From positions 5,458,001-5,522,000 of the forward strand of contig NC_087251.1 of the NCBI RefSeq assembly GCF_037042905.1: 64,000 bases of DNA. Direction: 5' to 3'. The stretch comes from Lytechinus pictus. Taxonomy: Eukaryota. Positions 53,383-64,000 of this stretch are shown in pieces. The translations under genes were made by a program, and so were the position numbers. The stretch's first letter is position 1; each line of letters starts with the position of its first letter. The notes under the pieces are model-generated. The model searched no databases. It was not told the origin of the DNA and was given only the letters and a program-made list of their open reading frames with translations.

Positions 53383-53973
53383 TTAAAGGTCAAGTCCACC
53401 TCAGAAAAATGTTGATATTAATAAATAGAGAATAATCAAACTAGCATAATGGTTAAAATTTCATCAAAATCGGATGTAAAATAAGGAAGTTATGATATTT
53501 CAAATTTTTGTTTATTTTTCACAAGACAGTTATATACACAACTCAATGACATGCAAATGAGAGAGTCGATGATGTCACTCACTCACTATTTCTTTTGTTT
53601 TTTATTGTTTGAAATATAGAATATTTCAATTTTTACAGATTTGACAATAAGGACCAACTTGAATTAACCATAAAATGTTAAGGCGATGGTAATTCCATGT
53701 GTTCAGGGAGGAATGAAACTTTGTTTCAATAACACTGAGGAGAAAATGGGAATAAATCAATATTTCATATAATGAAATACAAATAAAATAGTGCATACTG
53801 ACCAGGATGTGCATAAAACTGTTTTGTGAAATTAAGCGAAACTTTAAAATGTCATAACTTTCTTATTTTACATCCAATTTTGATGACATTTTCAGTGTTA
53901 TGCTCGTTGAATTTTTCTCTTTTTATTCGAATCAACTTTTCGTTGGCATGGTTGGGGTGGACTTGTCCTTTAA
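53383..53973. mobile_element. Kolobok-like palindromic MITE, TTAA TSD
   Basis: TTAAAGGTCAAGTCCACC / GGTGGACTTGTCCTTTAA. Inverted arms CATCAAAATCGGATGTAAAATAAG / CTTATTTTACATCCAATTTTGATG. Confidence 0.85.
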
Positions 53974-54894
53974 CAATTTGATCAATGATCACTCATCCAT
54001 TTAGACAACGGGTTTGGTATTTGATTTTGATTACCTCCACCAAATTTTGCCATTATTTCCTGAAGTTTTTGTCGTAATTCAAAATAAATAAATTCAATGG
54101 ATTTTAGTTTGTCGCATTTAGAGAGTTGTGATCAGGGTTCAGTTCAGAATACTCATCTATAGACGTTGGAAAGATGATAATGCTGCTAAAATTTGAAAGT
54201 ATACCAAGTAATCATTGATTCTGTGTGACATTTTTTGCTGTCCTTGCTTCTTCTTTATCTGTGAAAACCAGGAGAATGCAGGCATATGTCGTTTTTGGAC
54301 TACATGTTCAGATTTGCGGATACCATCTTTATTTTTAATTACTGTTGTGCATTTTGACGGCTCGTTTATTTCGTTATGACATTAAAGCCAAATGTGATAG
54401 AGAATCCAATTCAATATTTGCATCATCTGTATTAAAGGCCAGGTAAAAGAATTCATACCCTCATTAAAATCATAGCATTAGTGAATTAACAAAGACCTTA
54501 CCATCTGCTAAGTTCATCAACGAGTCTCATCTCAATCATCTTTAGACAGCCAAGGCAACTATGTGAAATCTTATCAACTTACAATAGGTTTTGGAGACAT
54601 ATCATATTTCGGATGCTAATACATCTTAATCCACTTTGCTATTGTAGGCCTATTCTTTTACCAGGAGTCTACAACCACCTATGTTGAATGAGCACTTTGA
54701 TCAGGAGAAAGACGATGCAGGTCTCGTATTGTTTTGCATAATGAAGGAAATCATTTCATTTTCCCTAAAAAATAATACACATACCCACCTTCAATATATT
54801 TACAGCTGTGTTGAATAAACCTAACCAATCGCTTTGATATTGGAGAAATGGTAAAACAAAGGTTTTCATCTTTTTTCTTATTCTGTCATGTCTT

Positions 54895-55160
54895 GTGGAG
54901 CGTTGTGGCCCAGTGGATTAGTCTTCGGATTTTGAAACAGAGGGTCATGGGTTCGAATTCCAGCCATGGTGTAATTTCCTTCGGCAATAAATTTATCCAC
55001 ATTGTGCTGCACTCGACCCAGGTGAGGTAAATGGGTACCTGGCAGGAATGTATTCCTTGAAATGCCACCGCGCTGTAAAAGGCTAAAGCCAGGGTAATAG
55101 TAAGCGCATAGGGACGCATTTGGCAGTGATATGCGCTATATAAGCATGTTTTTATTATTA
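54895..55160 (+). mobile_element. tRNA-derived SINE (same family as 48932-49232)
   Basis: Same head with A and B boxes, shared core CCACATTGTGCTGCACTCGACCCAGGTGAGG, (TTA)n tail and ATGTCT on both sides. Confidence 0.9.
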
Positions 55161-57100
55161 ATATGTCTCATGATAGATCACTACATAGCTACAATCAAAT
55201 GCATGTTGCACTGAGTGTTCCGTTCACTTCATGAAAATTAAGGCTACACAGATATGATATGAACAAAAGGTTGATAAAACAAGAAGAGACGTTTGTATTT
55301 AGTCTTAGTTTGTATTTTCAAGTTTAGGCATTATTTATTTTTTTAGATCTGATGATGAGTACTTACAATCCTTCTAGAGGTTTCTTAATGGCCTTGACCT
55401 TGAAAATACATTTCAAGTTCTCCTTTCTAACCAGCGGCGATGAAGCTCTTGAATAACGATGTTCCAAAGTGGAAGACTAATGCGTCTTCCAACTAACTGA
55501 CGTATAAACTACTCTGGCTAAATGCATCAATTCGAAATAAATTCGGTTTGCTACTTTAAACATTATGAATAGAAACCTACTGATGAATATAATTATGATA
55601 GGTAAATCATACATTTGCAAACAAAATTATCGTCCTTGAAATTCATTTTTCTTTCTTCGAAAGTTTGTCTTTGGATGACAGCAATGCTTTTGCATGTAAA
55701 ATTCATGACAGCAGTTTATTCTTAATAATCACAATTTCCTCTGCTGATTCTGCTAAAGTTGTTTTTGGTTCATTTATTCATGTCATTCTGACAGTGATTT
55801 TTATTAATTCAGTTTTCAATGTATATGTGTAAATAATTATATGTTTCGGATTTTTTATACCCATTTGATGGAGTTGATGGATAATATGTAATTCTATATT
55901 TGAATTCATTCAGTCAGTAATCAAGGACGTATCAAAATGATGAGGTAAAAAAGGTTGATTCCCAGGTATATATATATTATTTTAATTTGCATGTATATTG
56001 GTATTCGGCTTGATTATCGTCATTTTTTTTCTCGAGCCAGCATGAATGAACATTTACAACTCACTTCCGAAGCTCTATTTGATTCTCCGAAGTCTAAACA
56101 GATCAGCAAACAAAATCTAATTTAATATTTGAAGTAATACAACTCAATGATATCAGATCATTTTTTTACCAAACCTCCTTCCGTACATAGCGTATCATTT
56201 TTTGAAATGTTCATATAAATATCCCAATATATTATAATATATCTGTAAAAAAATAAAAGACGAAGTTAAACTGATCGTATCATAATCGTTGTAATATATT
56301 ATCATTTTCGTTATTAATATTTATATTACAAAAGTTATTTTTTATTGTTTTCAATCGTATTATTCTAATATCAACATCATCATAATCCTCATTAATATCA
56401 TTTACACCTATTTTTAATGGTATATTCCGTATTGTAATCTGTATAAATAAATCATAACAAAACGATCGACGTACAATGCTCAGGAGATAGAGATTCGGAA
56501 TTGTATGACATTAGAGTCAACAATATGCTTTAAAGTTGATATAAGACTTGATAAAGAGTTTGATTTATACACTTGATAACTTGTTTGAATTTCATATCTA
56601 ACTTAGATTACACCATCACCATTATTTCATTCTAAAATAAACTTGGTTTTAAAATTGTTTTTTTTTAATGAATATTTATTCTTATATCATATGCAGCTGT
56701 TTGCAAACATCTAGATAACAGTCAATGGAAACATTCAATCAAAATTTAAAACACTTGCATTTAGATTCATTTAGGATTAAGATAAATTTGAACTATTTTC
56801 AATGGTTAATTTATAATGATTGAGGCAATTTTTTTCGGACTGAAAGATATATCAGATTAATGATTTATTTTCGATTTTGATAGTGTATGAAGTATTCATT
56901 TTCGTTTTGTGGGGTTTTTGTAAGTCATACAAATTAGTATCGTTGTTAACTTTGAACTCTACTCATAATGTTTCCCATCCTTTCCTGCCATTAATGAAAC
57001 CGGAAGGTCGTATGGACATTTCCATCTCGTTTTTGTTTGAACCTTTGCGCATTCTACGTACTGCGTTGATAAATGGTTAAAACTCAATAAACTTTTAAAA

Positions 57101-59180
57101 TATACACAACAAAAAAAGTAAGTCCCCCCTTAAACAAACATCAATAATTTCCGAACCAATGCGAGTTTTTAATATATTTTTACATGAGCGTGTAGGTAAT
57201 TTTATAGGCTACCCTCTGAGTAAATGTTATGGACGTATTTTACGTCATGCTTCAGTGAGCACGGTCATAAGGCAAAAATGTCACTTTTCAAAAGTCACAA
57301 GCCAAATATCATGACTTTGATTCCATTTTTATTGGAACTAATTCCACATTCTCATCATGAAAAATAGTCAGAAGGCTTGTAAAAGGTACTTTCTAAAAGA
57401 CAATACAACTTTTCTGGCTAAATTTCACGGTTGAATGAACACAAGTCCAAATTTGCTATAATTGAATTTTGTACACATTTCTATCAATAAAAATGATAGA
57501 ATATGATGACAGTTATTTTTGGGAAGAGTATCTTTAACAATATTCATTGTTTCACGGTTCAATGAACATTTATTGAAAACAAAAGATACGATTTTTAAAT
57601 ATCATAGGCAAGTATTGTTTCATTTTGGTAACTGAAAATGATCTTTTCTCAACTTTTTCGTTATGTTCATGACCAATTAACATGCTTCAATGATTCAAAG
57701 GCGTTTAATTAAACATTCACGCTTGAATGAACATGTGAAATGTGATTAGCTCTTTTTTACGTTATTGGAAAAAAGCAATTTGTAACTATGGGTATCTGTC
57801 ACAAACCTCCTTGCGTGGTTCATTTGATTAGATTTTTATGAAAATCCCGATGTTTAATGCATCAGTGAGCACACAATATTCGAAAAATTTTCAAATGAGA
57901 AGAAAGTTCAAGGCCCTGGCCCCACTCTGTGCCGTATCAAATGGTTATTTTGGTGTGCGCACATTTTGGATAGTGTTACACTGAAGCAATGTGCGAAGTT
58001 TCATGAAATAACTGTTGGCAGAAGTAACAAAAACCGTCCATGAAACAAACCCTCATTTCATATTTGTTAAAATGTTTACTTCCTCTCTCATAGACTTGTG
58101 TACATTATGGGTGCATATGTTTAAGAATAAGTAACCCCCTATTCAATGTGGTGGAACTTTTTTCAAGACTGTCTTTAGCAATGTCATTTGGCAGTAATGT
58201 TTATCAACATATGGGTAGAATTATGTGCAAAAATGAAATCGATTTGTTTATTTACGGATGAGTGAGCACACATCAAAGTGGGAAATTGGGTATTTTCAAT
58301 GTCACAGACCCATTTTAAATGATAATAAAGTGAATATTGGGGGCAAATTCTGTTTCAAATGTGACTTTAATTGCTGTTGTTTTTATCATCTATCATTTCT
58401 ATCACCACACACTTTCCGAAGTTTTAAAATGTTCATGGTTGAGCGAGCACATTCGAAAACTTAGGAATGAATACTCTTTATAGTGCATAAATGTATTTTT
58501 TCTTACAAATTCTCATGATCAGTTTAATTTATGGACAAATCAGTGGTGGATCCAGAATTTTAAAATGGGGGAGGGGCCTATAATCGGGGGAGCCACCAAC
58601 ATTTTCAAATTTTAACATGATCTAACAAGTTGTAGAGGATACTACCATAAACCCCTAAAGTTTGATGATACGTCACTATACAGGGGCCGCGGAACGGTTT
58701 TCAAAGTGGGGGGGGGGGGCTGACCATGCAAAAAATCACAATCGTATGGTCATTTTTACATTTTTGTACATGCTTTTGGAAAAAAAAGTGGGGGCTGAGC
58801 CCCCCCCCCCCCCCCCCCCCGCGGCCCCTGCATTATTGTGCTCACTCAACCATGAACATACGATATCAAAATTGTGTGTGGAGTGGCTAAATGATGGATA
58901 GTAAAACAGCATTAACACCATAAAATTCACCTAAAAGCAACTTTTGCCCAGCTTTGTATTTGCACAATCTGAAAAACGACTCTTGTGACTTTCAAAAATG
59001 GTCATTTTTAATTCAATCTTTAATTTCTCATGCATGACTCAACCGATCAATCTCATTTTTCCCCAGAGGTTGCTTAATGAGTGTAGAAAACCACCTACCA
59101 AATATCATATCTCAAAATAATTCCGTTCAAAAGTTACAGCAATTTGATTTAGGGGGGACTTACTTTTTTTGTTGTGTATA
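57101..59180. mobile_element. Tc1/mariner-type non-autonomous element, ~2.08 kb, TA TSD
   Basis: TATACACAACAAAAAAAGTAAGTCCCCCCT / AGGGGGGACTTACTTTTTTTGTTGTGTATA. Internal GTTGAATGAACA / TCAGTGAGCAC repeats. Nested MITE at 58681-58830. Confidence 0.85.
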
Positions 59181-59352
59181 GTTAACCTTGACGTTATCTG
59201 AAATATGTTGTGACCAATACAGTAGCGAAGCACGAGCAACATTTTTTTAGAGGTACATTATGTAGAGCCTACTACCTCAGGTGATGGTTCGTGTACATGC
59301 ATGGTGTAGGCTCCATGACACTTCGCTGCCGCTACACCGCCCCGAATAATTG

Positions 59353-59948
59353 TCGCTCTGATACTCCGAGTGACAAAGGTGCCACTTTGTGTGGGGAAAA
59401 CATAAAACTCATGCAAAAAATTACCATACAATTCATTGATAACAACTCATTTGTTTCACTCCCTTTCTACGCGTCTATCACTATCAAAATTGGTATATTT
59501 CTTCGCACCCCCTTAGCACGTATTGACAGTGTTCACTACCGAACCAAGACATCGCAAACGCAAATTGCGCAAGCGCGGGGATCGCGGGTCAAGACTGAGG
59601 AATATATTATGAGGTTTCCAGAATCTCGCGATCGGGAAAATAGCGAAACGATCTCGATATAATGGAATACTCATAAATATTCATGAGTCTTGACCTGCGA
59701 TCTCCGCGCATGTGCAATTTTCGTTTGCGATGTCGTGATTCGGCAGTGAACAATACGTGCAAAGAAATACTCTTAGCTACTGGATGTAAATCACCAATTT
59801 TGATACTGATAAAGTGTGGAAAAGGAGTGAAACAAAATGGAATGTAGGATGAATTGTTATGAATGAATTGTAAAGTTATTTTGTTTGCATGAGTTTTATG
59901 TTTCCCCCACATAAAGTGACACCTTTGTCACTCCGAGTATCAGAGCGA
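59353..59948. repeat. ~600-bp imperfect palindrome (MITE-like)
   Basis: TCGCTCTGATACTCCGAGTGACAAAGGTG..CATAAAACTCATGCAAA is mirrored at 59884-59948, and pairing continues towards the centre near 59650. Confidence 0.85.
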
Positions 59949-60099
59949 GTTATGTACCATGATTTTTTTTTTAAACAATTTTTTAAAAATATATTCATAA
60001 TCATACAAATCATACATGTATCACAAAACAATACAAGACGAAATAGATATTGCAAACAATTATTAAAGGTAACACTTTTGCTCACACTTGCTGATGATT

Positions 60100-60990
60100 A
60101 CAAAATAACATAAGAATGATATTATAAAACATTGTTTAATACATGTACATACTTTGGGGAAAAAAGTAATGATAAAAATGAACTATACGCATCCATTTGT
60201 TACTCTAAATCAATCTGTTCCCATTTCTGGATATGCATTGCCAAGGCAATCTTATATTCTTCTTCCTTACATTTTCTACAATGTTCTATCATTGTTTTTC
60301 CAACAGGTGACAAAAAACTGCTTCCTGCCTTGCAGAATTAATCTCTTTTTTAAATATTAAAATTACTGTACTTAAACATTTTATCCTATTTGAAGTTCCA
60401 GCAATCCCTAACAAATTGTCTCCCGTGGAGACTGGAGAGATTCTCCAATTCTTTTAACCTTGATTTATGTCCAATATTTTTTCCAAAGTGCTTGAACATT
60501 CGGGCAATCTTTAAGTGATCAAAAATTTCATGTTTTTGATAACAAAACAACATTTGTTAGATAAAATATAATCGATTTTATGAAGTTTATCATTTGTGTA
60601 AATAACCCCATGGAACTGTTAATATGTCGAATTTGTTTCACTGTTAAACAAGAGAAAATCCGATTGATTTTATGCACGTCATCCATCTTTTTCAAACCGT
60701 TAATGAAATATTTATATAACTGCTTTGAACAGACCTTGTCTAGTGTTACATTTTTCCCAATAGTTCTAAAGAGATATGGTATTCATGGGACTAATTACTT
60801 TGTAATGGATTAAGCCTAAATGAACGTTCCAACCAATTGGCAGAGCATCATAATTATATACCATATATTTTCAAAATATCATTAGAGTCCAAACCGCGGT
60901 TCGAAAAATAAAATACTGGCCAAGTGGCCGTTTCCATCAATCAAATCAATAAGTTTAAATTTGTTATATAGAGTTTTACATCAAATACCA
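60100..60990 (-). mobile_element. L1/Tx1-clade LINE 3' fragment (zf-RVT region)
   Basis: Minus strand, frameshifted: FHGVIYTNDKLHKIDYILSNKCCF...EIFDHL..DCPNVQALWK...LIFKKEINSAR...EEYKIA...KWE. Confidence 0.65.
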
Positions 60991-62864
60991 TTTTGCTATC
61001 AATGGTTCGGGTAGTTGTAGCGGTAGTGAAGTGCAGTGGAGCCTACACGAACCATCACCTAATGTAATTAATGTATGTACATGTACATGGTTTGTGTTTT
61101 TGATGTTGATTTGCCTACTAACATTGGAAATTTCATGTCCAGATTGCTTTCATTTTTAATATACATGGGATCTATATATATGAACCTGTTTATTAGATTT
61201 TTCTCATTTCCTCGTCGAAGTAGGAAAAGAAAATGATCGAAGTATCACTACACTTAACAATAACAAAGTATCTATTTTACATGATTTCCACGCTTACCTG
61301 CCTAATAATGAATAGTGTTTTCGCTTTTAGTATTGATTTATGATTTGGTAGACGGAAGGCAGGTGATATTGAAAAGTGTGAAGACTCCCTTCATAGTACC
61401 AACATATTATTGTTCTTACCAATTTGAATGAGATACCATCGCGTGTTACCAACGTAGGATATAGGCTTATTTTTTCTAAAAATTACAATTGATATGCAAA
61501 TTAAAGTTGCAGCATTTTTTATGCTTCCTTTTGAGCAGATTCTGCTTGATGTTCAAATCTACATCAACCGTGATTAAAGGAATTTCGAACAAGCATACTT
61601 TGAAAAAATTATGTAAATCGGATGTAAACTATAAGAAAGCTATAACATTTTACTTTTTTGCTAATTTTCACAAGAAACTTTTTTTTAAAGGACATGTGTC
61701 ATGTTTTGCATTAAATCATTAAATAAATAATCAGTGAAATACATAATCAGTTCAATCATTTTCTTAACCGTACATTTATGTGTATATAACTGATTTGTAA
61801 TCAAGAAAAAATAGAAATTTTCGTCCAATTTTTATGAAAAATGTCTATTTACTGATTTTTTTTTCGTTGAGGTAGACTTTAAGAGGTAAATGCCATATCC
61901 ATCTAGGTTTACATCAAGATATGACCGGTTCAAATTTGAATGTCCTTTGCATGGGCCATTAAATTGAGTACCAGATCAATCACGTGGTGATCTAAATTCA
62001 GTTTCATGAATAATAATGAAAAACCAATCCTAGAACATAGTTATATCTTGCTTTACCGTACTTAACCTTTCTGTAAAAGGTGTGAATTTTGCGTTGATTT
62101 CGTATCCGACCCTCTTCATGATATTGATTTTTACTGCAGTGCGCACTCTTTTGATATTAAGTACCATGATTGTTTCACTTTCGTTGTTAATTTCCATTCA
62201 GTACCAACCGCTGACACCTTTCATGAAATAACTTGGTCATCGACCCAGAGATAATTCCCAATACAACACTTTATATAACTGCCCACTCCTGGGACATAAG
62301 ATTAAGATGACGTCAGAAGTACAAGTTTTTAATTGTCCTCTTACGTAAATCGTTGATCTATTGAAACGCAATATGACTTGTTCCATCCAACGACATCGCC
62401 CTTGTAATAATCACCGTCGAGAGACGCTCATGGCGCTAGCGCAGCAACAGTTCTATTGGATACTACAAATATAATTGTAAACGGAGTCAACAAAGAGAAA
62501 TTACTACAAGTACAATTTTGCATCACCCACTGAGATTCCTAGCTAATACTGGTTGGGGCTGGTGCTCTCCTGCTTGCTGCTCCGTTCCCGACAATTTAAG
62601 GGGCAATCCCAGTCAGCTCAGTACTCACATCAGCTCTAGCAAACATAAGGGCACCAGTCCCCATAGGAAGCTAGTCAGACCAGTGAGCGATTACAAAACA
62701 AGATGTAGAGTGTACTTTACTTGTATACAAAGCAATTTTGTAATAAATGCACTCTTTAAAAGGTTTGGCAAAAAAGGCCCAATTTTCAACCATCACTGGG
62801 CAACATAGTGTCCACACAACTATTGGTTAAAATCTGTCCAAATTGGGTAATAAAACTAATAATT

Positions 62865-63290
62865 GGGTAATAAATAAGAAGTCTCGCACTGGAGTTTTGA
62901 TGAGAGTGCAATCTGTTTTGGTGTCGTTTAGGAAGTCCAAAGAGAATAGAATAATCTAAACGCGATGTGATTAATGCATGGAGTAAATTGTTCACATGCT
63001 TTTTTTAATCAAGAACCTATGTATCAATCCCAGGTTACGCAGTTGATATCTCGCTTACTACGAAATACTTTATACCTGCTCAATCAAAAACATGTTTCTA
63101 CCAAAGTTCCGTACACTTGAGGCACGATGAATGACTTTATCACCGTCCTACGTGCAGAACCAATTGATTGTGATTGGCCTTCATTAAGGAATTCTTGAAT
63201 CCCCAAATCACGAATTCAGTTTTAGTCATGAGATGACATGTTTCAAAGGGCTTTTCTCTGAGTTTACGTTTATTACAATGTCTATGATAT
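62865..63290 (-). mobile_element. Degraded L2-clade LINE fragment
   Basis: LLHALITSRLDYSILFGLPK..QNRLHSHQNSSARL, with upstream KTEFVI.G and LRNLG motifs. Confidence 0.7.
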
Positions 63291-63473
63291 CTGTCTCTAA
63301 TACTTATGAAAAATATTGCTTTTGGATTAGGTAATCTAGAAAAGACTTTTTCTGAGGGTTGAACATCTTAGGCAAGATTGGGGCCAATGTTGCCAGAGTA
63401 CTATTCAAGCTATAAGCAATAGTGTTGATTTTGTTTATCTAATTAATTGTTACTGTTCTTTTTATCTCTACAG

Positions 63474-63716
63474 ACCTGTAGAACGGACCTTGATTGTTTA
63501 GAACTTGATCGTCCCACGTGTTGCGTCCGTTCACGAATTGGTAACCATCGGGTGTGCAAGCCATTAGGTGGTCTTTTTGATCAGTGTAATACCCGAAGCC
63601 AATCTTTCCCTTGGTTTGGTGTTCGTGAGGGATACTACTGCCCATGTGCCATCGGTCTTCAGTGTGAAAACCAAGGAAGGTTAGGTGAACGAAGGCGAGG
63701 CCAGTGTGGATTCTGA
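63474..63716 (+). CDS. Prokineticin/astakine-like peptide, coding exon 2 (10-Cys colipase-fold domain to the stop codon)
   Basis: TCRTDLDCLELDRPTCCVRSRIGNHRVCKPLGGLFDQCNTRSQSFPWFGVREGYYCPCAIGLQCENQGRLGERRRGQCGF*. Spacing C-x5-C-x7-CC-x10-C-x9-C-x17-CPC-x5-C-x13-C with a CKPLG motif. Strong acceptor TTCTTTTTATCTCTACAG|ACC. Confidence 0.9.
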   Translation, partial: TCRTDLDCLELDRPTCCVRSRIGNHRVCKPLGGLFDQCNTRSQSFPWFGVREGYYCPCAIGLQCENQGRLGERRRGQCGF

Positions 63717-64000
63717 CGACAGACTTCCTCATGAGCTGAACCTCGTGTGTGTTCATTTGATTCACCTCTGGACCTATAATGGATATGACTATTGAGAGAA
63801 AAAAAACATGCGTCAAGGTGTGTTATTAGAAGTACGAAAGTTCAATACTGTGTTTTTAAAAATTGGATGGCTAACCAGAGGATATTGCCTTTGCCATCTT
63901 TTTACATAATTTGGCACTGTAAAACCGGAATTGCTTTACCAAATACCTGCATACAATGGCTCCTTACTTTGCATGGTAAAACGCACATTATGTAATTTAT

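Larger units (their letters stand above)
59274..61045. mobile_element. Composite TIR element related to the 12147 MITE, carrying ~1.65 kb of cargo
   Basis: Left arm TACCTCAGGTGATGGTTCGTGTA...GGCTCCA..CACTTCGCTGCCGCTACA. Right arm TGTAGCGGTAGTGAAGTGCAGTGGAGCCTACACGAACCATCACCT. Confidence 0.65.
22352..63473 (+). other. Predicted 41,122-bp GT-AG intron of the prokineticin-like gene
   Basis: Donor GTAAGT at 22352. Branch-like CTAAT at 63439-63443, pyrimidine tract and CAG at 63471-63473. Phases match. No other convincing + strand host coding exon seen in between. Confidence 0.7.

Noticed and set aside
54895..54970. tRNA gene (also 49157-49232 on the minus strand)
   Set aside because: The tRNA-like head continues into a shared SINE body and (TTA)n tail in two dispersed copies.
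63439..63816. 125-aa minus-strand ORF
   Set aside because: Antisense shadow of the prokineticin-like exon with no recognisable features.

Overview
Repeat-rich, AT-rich eukaryotic genomic DNA. The repeat types suggest a marine invertebrate, probably a sea urchin (inference). One host gene is well supported: a two-exon secreted prokineticin/astakine-like (colipase-fold, 10-Cys) precursor. Exon 1 (22133-22351) encodes a signal peptide, a propeptide, KR and FPKML. Exon 2 (63474-63716) joins in phase 0 across a 41,122-bp intron that sits at the same position as vertebrate PROK intron 1. The rest is nested transposon sequence. It includes two convergent Ingi/Vingi-like LINEs, a near-complete CR1/RTE-X-like LINE broken by three insertions, L2 and L1/Tx1 fragments and two tRNA-derived SINEs. 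DNA elements include foldback elements with 15-bp repeat arms, Kolobok-, Harbinger-, hAT- and Tc1-type non-autonomous elements, and a Helentron-like element with 163-bp repeats. A 24-26-bp hairpin occurs twice, each copy with its own 7-bp target-site duplication. All assignments were made by eye; no searches were run.
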